Assembly: GCA_023129115.1 (NCBI GenBank)
Contig: JAGMCR010000014.1
Coordinates: 1-24,175, forward strand
Source: Candidatus Iainarchaeum sp.
Lineage (GTDB): Archaea > B1Sed10-29 > WALL01
DNA length: 24,175 bases
Direction: 5' to 3'
Below, in pieces: positions 1 through 8,174 of the stretch; within the stretch, counting starts at the first letter, position 1; every line of letters starts with the position of its first letter. A model generated the notes under the pieces. That model searched no databases and was not told where the DNA came from. It saw nothing but the letters and a program-made list of their open reading frames with translations. A program made the translations under genes and the position numbers.

Positions 1-33
1 TAACACCAGGCAGTGTTACACCACCGCTTTCTC

Positions 34-47
34 GAAACCTTTAAAAA
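34..47 (+). promoter_or_regulatory. BRE/TATA promoter of the first pilin gene
   Basis: GAAACC-TTTAAAAA matches archaeal BRE+TATA. SD-like AGGTGA at 69-74 precedes the ATG at 80. Confidence 0.6.
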
Positions 48-79
48 GCGCCTGTGTTTAATGGCTTCAGGTGAAGCAA

Positions 80-460
80 ATGAGGAAAGGATTGTCCCCC
101 ATCATCGCCATTGTACTGATTCTCGCGATTACAGTAATCGCTGGCGTCACCCTTTACTTCTGGGTAATCGGGACAACTGCACAGCAGCCGACCCCCTCGA
201 CGCCGAGGACCATCACCGCGCGCATGATTAACTGCGCCGAGGCCGGCAACAGCACCATGCTGATCAGTAACATAAGCCCCCCGGGAAGGTCCGTCAACAG
301 CAGCCACTTCAAGGTCACCACCGGGACGCTTTACTGCCCCCAAAATGTGACTATGGTCTCCAAGGGCCAGATTGTCTGTGAAATAGCCAATTTCACCGAG
401 GGCGCTGGAACAGCGTCCATTTACGGCGACAACATCGCCTCTGCAGACATAACGTGCTGA
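80..460 (+). CDS. Archaeal type IV pilin / archaellin-like class III signal peptide protein
   Basis: MRKG^LSPIIAIVLILAITVIAG is a class III signal peptide followed by a hydrophobic helix. The small beta-rich domain has 4 Cys and several N-x-S/T sequons. ATG at 80 is preferred over GTG at 71 because of the SD. Confidence 0.9.
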   Translation: MRKGLSPIIAIVLILAITVIAGVTLYFWVIGTTAQQPTPSTPRTITARMINCAEAGNSTMLISNISPPGRSVNSSHFKVTTGTLYCPQNVTMVSKGQIVCEIANFTEGAGTASIYGDNIASADITC

Positions 461-485
461 GAAACCCCCGAAAACACAATCGTGC

Positions 486-1721
486 TTAGTGCAAGCGCCA
501 CAGCTTCTTCCGGTAATCTTTCCACGCCTGAGTCTTCTTTGCGGCGCTCCCCTCAAGAATGCGGTACTTCTTCCGCTTCAGGTGCGTGACCGGCTGCTTC
601 AGCAGGTCCTTGAGCAGCGCCTTCGCGGTCGCGTACTCGCGCCTCCTCTCCGTGACAATCCGGTTCCCCCGAACCGCTGCCTTCTTGTACTTCTTCAGGA
701 AGGCCTCGGCGTGCACGCGGTCGTACACCCTCGGCCCCCAGTGGTCGTTCACCGGCGGAAGCTCCCACACCTCGAGCTCGAGCAGGACCTGCGCCTTGCT
801 GCAGCAGTCTGTCCACGCCCGGCTGTCAATCACGCCGAACTCCTTTTCATGCAACTGCTTCACCAATTTTTTCTCGAGCCGCTGGAGCTGCGACCAGATT
901 ATTTCCTCGTTCTCTTCCCCGATTTTCCACTCGATGACCATGACGCGCCCCCGGCTTGGCAGTAGCGAGGTCTTTTCCGGCATCCCTTTCTTCAGGAACT
1001 CGCGCGACAGCAGAATGAACTCGCATAACTTCTGCTCGCTCACCGCGGCGGCAACATTCCTTTCGGGGTCCACTGGGTCGACCACGACCAGCGGCTCACG
1101 GAACTTTTTTTTGCCGTGGCCCGCAAGGTTGATGTACTCGCCGCTCTCCCAGCGGCTCGCCCTCTCGAGCACTTTGCGGAAAGTCCCGTACTTGAGCACA
1201 AGCAACTCACACAAGTACCCCGAGAAGCCGTGCGTCTGAACCTCTGCGCCGTACACCTCAATCCGCTTGGCGAAGTGCTTCAAAAGCCTCGCCTCATCCG
1301 GGCTTTTGAGGTTCGCCAGGATGTACTCGGTGTGAAGCGGCGACCTGTCCACCGCAGAAATGATTTTCTCGCCCTTCTTGATGTCGTAGCACGGGACGAC
1401 GTCGATGTCGTAGCCCCTGATGTTCATCTTGGTGTACGGGTGCTCGGCGTAGTGCGTGCCCGCCTTGCTGCCGAAGGCCTTCGCGACTTTCTTCCCGATA
1501 TCGAGGCCCTTCTTTTCCAGCATCTTCCGTGGCACTTTTTTGTCGAACAGGATGAAGATGTCCAGGTCCTTGTCGCCGCGGAGGCACGTGTTCTTGGCAA
1601 TCGACCCCACGAGCATGGCGTCGTATCCCATGCCGCGAATTTCCCCTATGATGCTCTCGGCGAGCGCAAGCTCGCTCTTCCGCTCCCGCGGTGTTGGCTT
1701 GAGCTCGCTTATCTTCTTCAT
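486..1721 (-). CDS. cca: Archaeal (class I) CCA-adding tRNA nucleotidyltransferase
   Basis: Motifs VGSIAKNT..GDKDLDIF, YAEHPY, SAVDRSPLH, GFSGYLCELL and DPVDPERNVAAA. Confidence 0.97.
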   Translation of the reverse strand: MKKISELKPTPRERKSELALAESIIGEIRGMGYDAMLVGSIAKNTCLRGDKDLDIFILFDKKVPRKMLEKKGLDIGKKVAKAFGSKAGTHYAEHPYTKMNIRGYDIDVVPCYDIKKGEKIISAVDRSPLHTEYILANLKSPDEARLLKHFAKRIEVYGAEVQTHGFSGYLCELLVLKYGTFRKVLERASRWESGEYINLAGHGKKKFREPLVVVDPVDPERNVAAAVSEQKLCEFILLSREFLKKGMPEKTSLLPSRGRVMVIEWKIGEENEEIIWSQLQRLEKKLVKQLHEKEFGVIDSRAWTDCCSKAQVLLELEVWELPPVNDHWGPRVYDRVHAEAFLKKYKKAAVRGNRIVTERRREYATAKALLKDLLKQPVTHLKRKKYRILEGSAAKKTQAWKDYRKKLWRLH

Positions 1722-3259
1722 CCGTAGCTCTTCCTTATCAAGCCCTTTTCCGCGAACTTTTCAATCGCGGCCTTCACGAGCACTTCCGAGAACCCAGTCT
1801 CGGTGACGTAGTCCTCGGCCTTGAACCCGCCACTCCTCCTCCGCAGCGCGTCCCACACTGCCTTCTCCAGCGGGTCCTTCGGCAGGTAGTTGTCGCTGAT
1901 GATAGTGTAAGTGCCGTCGAGCGTGTCCTTCTTAAGCATGCTTACGCCCTTCTTCATTCCCATTACCTGGTAGATGAAGTCCGTCTTGTACTGGAACAGC
2001 GCGAACACAGCCACGAACACAAGCGCGAACATCGCAATCAGCATGATGCCGGGGAGGCAGAACGGCCCAATGCAGAACAGGCCCTCCTGTATGCCCGCCG
2101 ACCAGGGGCACTCGTGCATCTCGCCGCGGCAGTTCGCGGGCTCGGGCTCGCGGTAGACCTGAGTGTACTCCGAAGACTTCCCGGCAGGGTCGTAAGTGAA
2201 CGCCGTCGTCCCCGCGTACGCCACCACCCACGCATAGTAATTGCCCTCCTTGTAGCCAACCCTGGCCTCGGCCGGCAGGCCCTGCCGCCTAGCCATCTCG
2301 CGGAACATCAGCGCCTTCTCGACGCTGTTCAGCCCCGTGCCCAGCCTTCCCACGACGTCCTCCAGGTCGACCTCAAGCGTCGCCAGCGTGGACTCGGACG
2401 TCGGCGTGTCCGCGATGGAGTCCATGGTCTGCTTGAACAGCTGCAGCGCGTCCATTCCCGTGGCGGTCTCGCCTATGGCCGGCCTCAGGGCGTCTGTCGC
2501 GCTCTCGCCAGAAATCTCGAACAAGGCATCGCTCTGCGTGTGCAGTATGTACTGGTTGCTGTACGGCGGGCTGTACGGGCTGTCCTTCAGAAGGTCCTCG
2601 TCGTTGACGTATCCCGGGCTGTACTTTATGACAATGGACTTCTTCTCGCCCTCCTCGAGCGTGACAGTCCATGCGAGCATGCGGACGAAGTTTTGCTTCA
2701 GGTTTATCTCCTGGGGCTGGTCGAACGTCGGCCGCCCCGTGGCGAAGGTAATCACCACGCCCTCCGCCCTCTCTTCCGCCAGTTGGGGGGACACCCACAG
2801 GTAGTCGGCGTTGGGGCTGCGCTTGTACGGCGCGTAAACATAATAGCTGCCCTTGATTGTGGGGAGCACCTCGACCTCGACGGTCAGCTGCTTGTCGCCG
2901 CTGTTCTCGAGGCTTATTACCTGCTCGACGTAGTCGTCGTTGACTTCCACTGACGCGGAGCCGAATATGTCTTCCGCGAAGTTTTCGGGGTAATTCACTA
3001 TGTAGGTGTTGGTCTTCCCGCCGACCGCGGTGCCTGTCACTTGCGGTATGCTGACGGGCACGGGCTGGCCCTTTGACTTTATCGTCGGGAACATTGGGAC
3101 CGTCAGCACGCCAGCTATGTCTAGCCGGTTGTTGGCTATGTTGACCTTTGCAGCTATGTTCGGCGACGAGAGCACAACGTCCCCACTCGCTGTTTCCACC
3201 ACGACGGTCAGCGCGGAAGCCATTGCGAGTATCATCAGCAGGCTAAAGAGTCTTTTCAT
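1718..3259 (-). CDS. Single-pass membrane protein with signal peptide, beta-rich ectodomain, degenerate transglutaminase-like domain and C-terminal winged helix
   Basis: N-terminal signal peptide. The segment KALMFREMARRQGLPAEARVG..YAW..YDP resembles a TGase core. One TM helix is followed by the wHTH-like tail LEKAVWDAL..SEVLVKAAIEKFAEKGLI. Confidence 0.7.
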   Translation of the reverse strand: MKRLFSLLMILAMASALTVVVETASGDVVLSSPNIAAKVNIANNRLDIAGVLTVPMFPTIKSKGQPVPVSIPQVTGTAVGGKTNTYIVNYPENFAEDIFGSASVEVNDDYVEQVISLENSGDKQLTVEVEVLPTIKGSYYVYAPYKRSPNADYLWVSPQLAEERAEGVVITFATGRPTFDQPQEINLKQNFVRMLAWTVTLEEGEKKSIVIKYSPGYVNDEDLLKDSPYSPPYSNQYILHTQSDALFEISGESATDALRPAIGETATGMDALQLFKQTMDSIADTPTSESTLATLEVDLEDVVGRLGTGLNSVEKALMFREMARRQGLPAEARVGYKEGNYYAWVVAYAGTTAFTYDPAGKSSEYTQVYREPEPANCRGEMHECPWSAGIQEGLFCIGPFCLPGIMLIAMFALVFVAVFALFQYKTDFIYQVMGMKKGVSMLKKDTLDGTYTIISDNYLPKDPLEKAVWDALRRRSGGFKAEDYVTETGFSEVLVKAAIEKFAEKGLIRKSYG

Positions 3260-3725
3260 GGATTACCTCGTACTTCGGCCCTTCCGGTGTCAAAATGCTC
3301 TTCATCAAGAGTACCCTGTCGACCCGCACCTCGATGCTTATTTTTTCCTTGAGCAGCTCGAACACGCTTTTGTCGGGCTTTCCCTTCACCCGCGCCAGCG
3401 TTACGTGCGGAGACAGCTCTCCTTCCCCTATAACTCTATGTATGTTTAAAAGGCTTTGCGAGGGCCCACAGCCCACCCAAACCACGCGGATATAATCTTT
3501 ATTTGGAAAAACCCCAATCTGGTCGAACACGATTGTGAACGCTTTCTCGCCAATCGACTCCAGCTTTTTTGTCCATTCCTCTGCATTGCCTTCGCCGATG
3601 AAGCGCATCGTCATGTGCAGGTTCTCTTTTTCCACAATCTTCAGCGGGCCCGTTAGCCTGCGCTGCAGCTCCACCAACTCGGCTTTTGCCTCTTCCGGCA
3701 GCGGTATCGCAATGAACAGCCGCAT
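3243..3725 (-). CDS. thpR: RNA 2',3'-cyclic phosphodiesterase (2H phosphoesterase, '2'-5' RNA ligase')
   Basis: MRLFIAI start, two HxT motifs (NLHMTMRFIG, PHVTLAR) and the C-terminal LMKSILTPEGPKY. Confidence 0.95.
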   Translation of the reverse strand: MRLFIAIPLPEEAKAELVELQRRLTGPLKIVEKENLHMTMRFIGEGNAEEWTKKLESIGEKAFTIVFDQIGVFPNKDYIRVVWVGCGPSQSLLNIHRVIGEGELSPHVTLARVKGKPDKSVFELLKEKISIEVRVDRVLLMKSILTPEGPKYEVIHEKTL

Positions 3726-3752
3726 CCAGAAAGAAAAAGAGCGCGCCTTATT

Positions 3753-4313
3753 TCAACTTATCGATTGCTCGCCGCCGCTGTTGCGTATCCGCACGTGCTT
3801 CGGCCCCTCGAGCGTTGACGCCACCGCCCTCAGCTCGTCAAACCCCTTGTCCGCGTAAAGCACGAACGTCCCTGTTATCTGCGCCGCCGCCTCCCTTGCA
3901 TCGCTTTCGTCACCGCTCCAGTCAAGCACGACCTCGTGCTGGACCGAAGAAGACTGCATTAGCTTTACACTCTCCCGAATTTGTTCAGACCCCTCGTAAA
4001 GCGGCGCGCCGATGGTTATGGACACGTAGTCCACCAGCCTCCTGTCCACGAGCTTCTTCAGCAGGCCGGGGTTCGTGCCGTCAGTGTTCACCCTCACCAG
4101 CTTGTTCTTGAGCTTCATCTTCTTCGCGACAATCGGGAGGTCGCCCTGCCTCTCGACCTCTCCCTCGAACACGACCGCGTTGGTGGTGAAGCTCTTCTGC
4201 AGCTCTGCATCTACTTCGCGCATGCTGCTCCTCCCTCTGCCGGCAACTACGACTACCGCTATTTTGCCGGGCCAGGCCTTCGTGTCTTGGCCCCGGTACT
4301 CTGCTACGTCCAT
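3753..4313 (-). CDS. NrdG-like radical-SAM-fold protein lacking CxxxCxxC (probable pseudo-activase)
   Basis: Aligns by eye with the neighbouring NrdG (WPGKIAVVV~YPDNIAAVV, LVRVNTDGTNP~LVKLDTNGLNP, LVDYVSI~LVDYVAM, VQHEV~RPHEF). It contains no Cys, and GGEP is changed to EGEV. Confidence 0.8.
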   Translation of the reverse strand: MDVAEYRGQDTKAWPGKIAVVVVAGRGRSSMREVDAELQKSFTTNAVVFEGEVERQGDLPIVAKKMKLKNKLVRVNTDGTNPGLLKKLVDRRLVDYVSITIGAPLYEGSEQIRESVKLMQSSSVQHEVVLDWSGDESDAREAAAQITGTFVLYADKGFDELRAVASTLEGPKHVRIRNSGGEQSIS

Positions 4314-4314
4314 C

Positions 4315-4524
4315 CTACCACTTTATTTCTTCGTAGCCCTTGACTATTGAGAACGTGGCGGCCACTGTGCCGATGAGGCCGAGCAGTGCGAACGCCTGGC
4401 CTATCTTCGTGCCGATGGTGACAAATCCAACAATCAGCAGGCAGAAGTAGGCGGGCAGGGTGAGCACGCCAATCTCGAACTCGTACTTGGTAAAGAGGCA
4501 CCGCCTCTTGTCCTTGCTTGCCAT
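4315..4524 (-). CDS. Small two-TM membrane protein of unknown function
   Basis: 69 aa with two hydrophobic segments. It ends 1 nt before the pseudo-nrdG start, and TATA-like TTTTATA lies about 24 nt upstream. Confidence 0.7.
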   Translation of the reverse strand: MASKDKRRCLFTKYEFEIGVLTLPAYFCLLIVGFVTIGTKIGQAFALLGLIGTVAATFSIVKGYEEIKW

Positions 4525-4547
4525 GCTGCACTAAAACGAATAAGGGG

Positions 4548-4586
4548 TATAAAAAAGGGGAGCCCCCGGTGGGCGCCGGGGGGCCC
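4548..4586 (-). terminator. GC hairpin plus U-tract after nrdG; the U-tract may double as TATA box for the next gene
   Basis: Minus strand reads GGGCCCCCCGG-CGCCCA-CCGGGGGCTCCCC-TTTTTTATA. Confidence 0.6.
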
Positions 4587-4617
4587 GAATGCATGGCTGG
4601 GTGGTCTCCTTGTAGTC

Positions 4618-5301
4618 TCAAATGCCGCGAATGCCAACGTTCTTCACTTTCTTCCGCGCGACTTCCGCGAGCTTTTCCAGTATAGCCGGCTCGTAGGCCT
4701 TCGAAAGAGGCCCGGCCTGCTTCACGGGCCTGTACTGCTGAATGTAATAGTTCTCCGCCCCCTCGACGAACTCGACAAGGGAGTCAAAGTCTTCCTCGGG
4801 AATGAACGCCGGCACGACCGTTGTCCTGAACTCGTGCGGCCTCCCCGACTCCTTGAGGATCTTTATGCTCTTCTCGATTTTCTTGATGTCCAAGTCCACG
4901 CCGGCCGCGTCCTTGTAGCGCCGCCTCGCCGCCTTCACGTCCATGGCAACGTAGTCCACGAGCGGCAGCAGCTCCTCAAGCGCTTCCGGGTTCAGGCCGT
5001 TCGTGTCGAGCTTCACGAGCATCCCGATTTCCTTTATCTTTTTGATGAACTCCGCCAAGTCGTACAGCGTCGGCTCTCCGCCGCTCAGCACGACGCCGTC
5101 GAGGAACTTTTTCCTGCGCTCCAGCTCGTTCAGGACCCACTCCGGCGTCAGCTTCTCGTACTTGTCCGGCGCCTTCACCAGGTCCTTGTTGTAGCAGAAC
5201 GGGCACGACATGTTGCAGCCGCCGAAGAACACTACCGCCGCTATGTTGTCGGGGTAGTCCACTAGCGACTGCGGCAGGAACCCGCGCATATTAAGGTCCA
5301 T
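4618..5301 (-). CDS. nrdG: Anaerobic ribonucleotide reductase activating enzyme (radical SAM)
   Basis: Motifs SLVDYP..GCNMSCPFCYN, SGGEPT, KLDTNG, YVAMDVK and EFRTT. Directly downstream of nrdD. Confidence 0.96.
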   Translation of the reverse strand: MDLNMRGFLPQSLVDYPDNIAAVVFFGGCNMSCPFCYNKDLVKAPDKYEKLTPEWVLNELERRKKFLDGVVLSGGEPTLYDLAEFIKKIKEIGMLVKLDTNGLNPEALEELLPLVDYVAMDVKAARRRYKDAAGVDLDIKKIEKSIKILKESGRPHEFRTTVVPAFIPEEDFDSLVEFVEGAENYYIQQYRPVKQAGPLSKAYEPAILEKLAEVARKKVKNVGIRGI

Positions 5302-5444
5302 CAGTTCACCGATACTTTTTCAGCTGCCTGGACAGCGTAGAGCTGGCGGTCCTTCCACTCTTCTTTCTTTCCTGCGTTCCACTGCTTGATTGGCCGGAAG
5401 TACCCGACCACCCTGCTGTAAACTTCAACTTCTTCATTGCACAT
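5301..5444 (-). CDS. nrdD: Stand-alone glycyl-radical domain of class III RNR (47 aa; not in ORF track)
   Basis: Manual translation MCNEEVEVYSRVVGYFRPIKQWNAGKKEEWKDRQLYAVQAAEKVSVN* carries the NrdD signature YSRVVGY. SD AGGTGA lies 6 nt upstream, and the stop overlaps the nrdG start (TGATG). Confidence 0.93.
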   Translation of the reverse strand: MCNEEVEVYSRVVGYFRPIKQWNAGKKEEWKDRQLYAVQAAEKVSVN

Positions 5445-5456
5445 TTTAATTCACCT

Positions 5457-7412
5457 TTAATTGTATGGGCACGTGTGGTGCTCTCCTGGAATGTAGCCGT
5501 GGGTGGGGCAAATCGTGAACGTCGGCGTCACCGAAAAGTACGGCAGCCGGTAGTTCTCCGCCACCCTCCGCACGAGCTTCTTCGTCGCCTCCACGCTCTC
5601 AATCCTCTCGCCGAGGTAGCAGTGAAGCACTGTCCCGCCCGTGTACTTGCGCTGCAGCTCGTCCTGGTGGTTCAGCACCTCGAAGAGGTCGTCCGTGTGG
5701 TTCGCCGGGAGCTGGGTCGAGTTCGTGTAGTACGGCGCGTCACGGCCCTGCGTGAAAATGTCGGGGAACTCTTTCTTGTCAATCCTCGCCAGCCGGTACG
5801 CCGTCCCCTCCGCCGGAGTCGCCTCGAGGTTATAGATATGCCCGGTCTCTTCCTGGAAGTCCGAAATCCTCTCGCGCATGTAGTCCATCACTTTCTCGGC
5901 GAACTTCTTCCCGCCCGCGGTCTCGATTCCCTCGCCGAGGAAGTTCATGCAGCTCTCGTGCATGCCGATGAGCCCGATTGTCGAAAAGTGGTGGTCCAAG
6001 TTGCCCAAGTACCTTTTTGTATAAGGCAAGAGCCCGCGCTCAATATTCTCCTGGACTTCCTTGCGCTTTACCTCGAGCGAGCCCTTCGCCAGGACCATGA
6101 GCTTGTTAAGGTTCTCGAAGTAAGCGTCCTCGTTCCGCGCGAGGTAGCCGAGCCGGGGCATGTTTATCGTCACAACCCCAACACTCCCCGTTGACTCGCC
6201 AGCGCCGAACAATCCCCCGGTCTTGTTCCGCAGCTCCCGCAGGTCCAATTGAAGCCGGCAGCACATCGAGCGCACGTCGCTCGGGTTCAGGTCGCTGTTG
6301 ATAAAGTTCTGGAAGTAGGGTATGCCATACTTCGCCGTCATCTGGAACAAGAGGTCCGCGTTCTCGCTCTTCCAGTCAAAGTCCTTTGTGATGTTGTAAG
6401 TTGGAATCGGGAAAGTGAATATCCTTCCCTCGGCGTCGCCCCCCATCATTATCTCGAGGAACGCCTTGTTGATGAGGTCCATCTCGTCCTGGTAGTCGCC
6501 GTAAGTCTCCTTCAACAGCTTCCCGCCGTAAATCACAGGCTTGTCCTTCATGTCATCGGGCACAATCCAGTCCAGCGTCACGTTCAGGAAAGGCGTCTGG
6601 TTCCCCCACCGCGACGTCTGGTTCGCGGAGTAGACGAACTCCTGCACGCCCTGCTTGATTTCGTCGTACGTCATCTTGTCCTTGTGCACCATCGGCGCGA
6701 GGTAAGTGTCCACGCTCGAAAACGCCTGCGCGCCAGCCCACTCGTTCTGGAGCGTGCCCATGAAGTTGACCATCTGCCCGAGCGCGGCGTCGAAGTGCTT
6801 CGCCGGCTTCGCCGACACCCTCCCGGTTACTCCGTTGAACCCCTCGGTCAGCAGCTGCGCGAGCGACCACCCCGCACAATAGCCACTAAGCGTCCCGTAA
6901 CTAAGGTCGTGGATGTGGAAGTCGCCCTCGCGGTGCGCCTTCCCCGCTTCAGTGGGATAAACATTGTTCAGAGTGTATTCCGCGACGACGGCGCCGCTTA
7001 TGTACGCCTGCAAGCCACTCAGTGAATAGCTAGCGTTGCTGTTCTCGTTGACGCGCCAGTCCTGCAGCCCGACGTATCCGTCGACCAGCTCGACAATGCT
7101 TTCGCCAAAGTTTTTTTCCGAACGGAACTTCGCGCGCTGCGCGCGGTAAAGGATGTACGCCTTCGCAGTCGAAGCGTACCCCTCCTCAATCAAAACTTTT
7201 TCCACGGTGTCCTGGATGTCCTCGATGGTCGGGACCTTGCCCGTGTACTTCTTCTCGATTTCCTGGACCACTTTGTCCGCGAGCTTTGCCGAGAGCGCGC
7301 GGTCCTTGCCGCCGATTGCCCTCGCTGCCTTGAAAATGGCGTCCGTAATCTTGGCTTTGTCAAAGTCTGCTGTACGGCCGTCCCGCTTGAGAACCTTGCT
7401 TATTTCAGCCAT
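5457..7412 (-). CDS. nrdD: Class III (anaerobic) ribonucleoside-triphosphate reductase, large fragment with N-terminal ATP-cone
   Basis: ATP-cone VLKRDGRTADFDKAKI, then HIHDL..GYCAGW, FTFPIPTYN, finger loop RSMCCRL, LEATPAEG and YYTNS. Ends in a partial Zn site CPTH..CPYN with no Gly-radical motif. Confidence 0.96.
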   Translation of the reverse strand: MAEISKVLKRDGRTADFDKAKITDAIFKAARAIGGKDRALSAKLADKVVQEIEKKYTGKVPTIEDIQDTVEKVLIEEGYASTAKAYILYRAQRAKFRSEKNFGESIVELVDGYVGLQDWRVNENSNASYSLSGLQAYISGAVVAEYTLNNVYPTEAGKAHREGDFHIHDLSYGTLSGYCAGWSLAQLLTEGFNGVTGRVSAKPAKHFDAALGQMVNFMGTLQNEWAGAQAFSSVDTYLAPMVHKDKMTYDEIKQGVQEFVYSANQTSRWGNQTPFLNVTLDWIVPDDMKDKPVIYGGKLLKETYGDYQDEMDLINKAFLEIMMGGDAEGRIFTFPIPTYNITKDFDWKSENADLLFQMTAKYGIPYFQNFINSDLNPSDVRSMCCRLQLDLRELRNKTGGLFGAGESTGSVGVVTINMPRLGYLARNEDAYFENLNKLMVLAKGSLEVKRKEVQENIERGLLPYTKRYLGNLDHHFSTIGLIGMHESCMNFLGEGIETAGGKKFAEKVMDYMRERISDFQEETGHIYNLEATPAEGTAYRLARIDKKEFPDIFTQGRDAPYYTNSTQLPANHTDDLFEVLNHQDELQRKYTGGTVLHCYLGERIESVEATKKLVRRVAENYRLPYFSVTPTFTICPTHGYIPGEHHTCPYN

Positions 7413-7457
7413 TTTCAATACCGTGGTTCATTTTGCAAATATTTTAGTGCAACAATA

Positions 7458-7533
7458 TTCGGATTTCGAAAGCTTTTCCGAGCAAAGTTGTTACTACTAT
7501 CTTATTAATAAAGATTCGTGTTAGGAGTTCGAA
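7458..7533. promoter_or_regulatory. nrdD promoter region with two TTCG-N5-CGAA-type palindromes flanking a TATA-like element
   Basis: TTCGGATTTCGAA at 7458-7470, CTTATTAATAAAG at 7501-7513 and GTTAGGAGTTCGAAC at 7520-7534. Confidence 0.55.
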
Positions 7534-7659
7534 CTAAAATCAGTCTATCCCCATACTTTCCAAACCATGTCTTATTGTACTGGGGTTAGAAGCTAATTTG
7601 CGTGGTTCTGTGCCGGGCACCCACAGAGATTAAATAGTTGGTCTGCCCAACTATAGCCC

Positions 7660-8172
7660 ATGTCTTTCAGGCCTTCCAAAGACGAGTATTACCTCGAGAT
7701 TGCGAAGTCAATCGGGCTCCGCTCGCCGTGCATGCGCAAGAAATTCGGCGCAATCATCGTGCGGCACGACACCGTGGTGTCCACGGGCTACAACGGCCCG
7801 CCGCGCGGCGGGGTGAACTGCTTTGACATTGGGTGCGTGCGGGACGAGCTGGACATGGAGCACTATGCTGCGTACGACGCGACGTGCCCCGCGGTGCACG
7901 CGGAAGAGAACTGCATTGTGAACGCGGCGCGGAACGGGACCAAAGTCCTCGGCGGCGTTTTGTATATACAGGGCGTCTCTCCAGAGGACAACTCGCTTGT
8001 GGAATCGAGGCCGTGCCACCGGTGCCGCCGCGCATTGATTAACGCGGGCGTCACCGAAGTAATCACCCGCGACACCGAGGGCCAAATCCTCCGCTACAAT
8101 GTCGGGGAGTGGACCAAGACCGATACCGAGACGTACATCAAGAAGTACAAAGAGGCCACTGCGGGGAAGTGA
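7660..8172 (+). CDS. dCMP deaminase (ComEB/cytidine deaminase family)
   Basis: RSPC..FGAIIV..STGYNG, VHAEENC and RPCHRC zinc motifs. Divergent from nrdD, with TATA-like ATTAAATA about 24 nt upstream (leaderless). Confidence 0.92.
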   Translation: MSFRPSKDEYYLEIAKSIGLRSPCMRKKFGAIIVRHDTVVSTGYNGPPRGGVNCFDIGCVRDELDMEHYAAYDATCPAVHAEENCIVNAARNGTKVLGGVLYIQGVSPEDNSLVESRPCHRCRRALINAGVTEVITRDTEGQILRYNVGEWTKTDTETYIKKYKEATAGK

Positions 8173-8174
8173 GC

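Noticed and set aside
5445-5459. Stop-codon readthrough or selenocysteine joining the two nrdD parts
   Set aside because: The first stop is TAA and a second stop (TGA) follows. The TGA is part of an SD correctly spaced from the ATG, so re-initiation is the simpler explanation.
5457-7412. Intein or intron in nrdD
   Set aside because: Length and motif spacing are normal, with no intein terminal motifs or LAGLIDADG blocks.
7405-7431. 8-codon upstream ORF (MNHGIENG) overlapping the nrdD start
   Set aside because: Too short to distinguish from chance, with no supporting signal.
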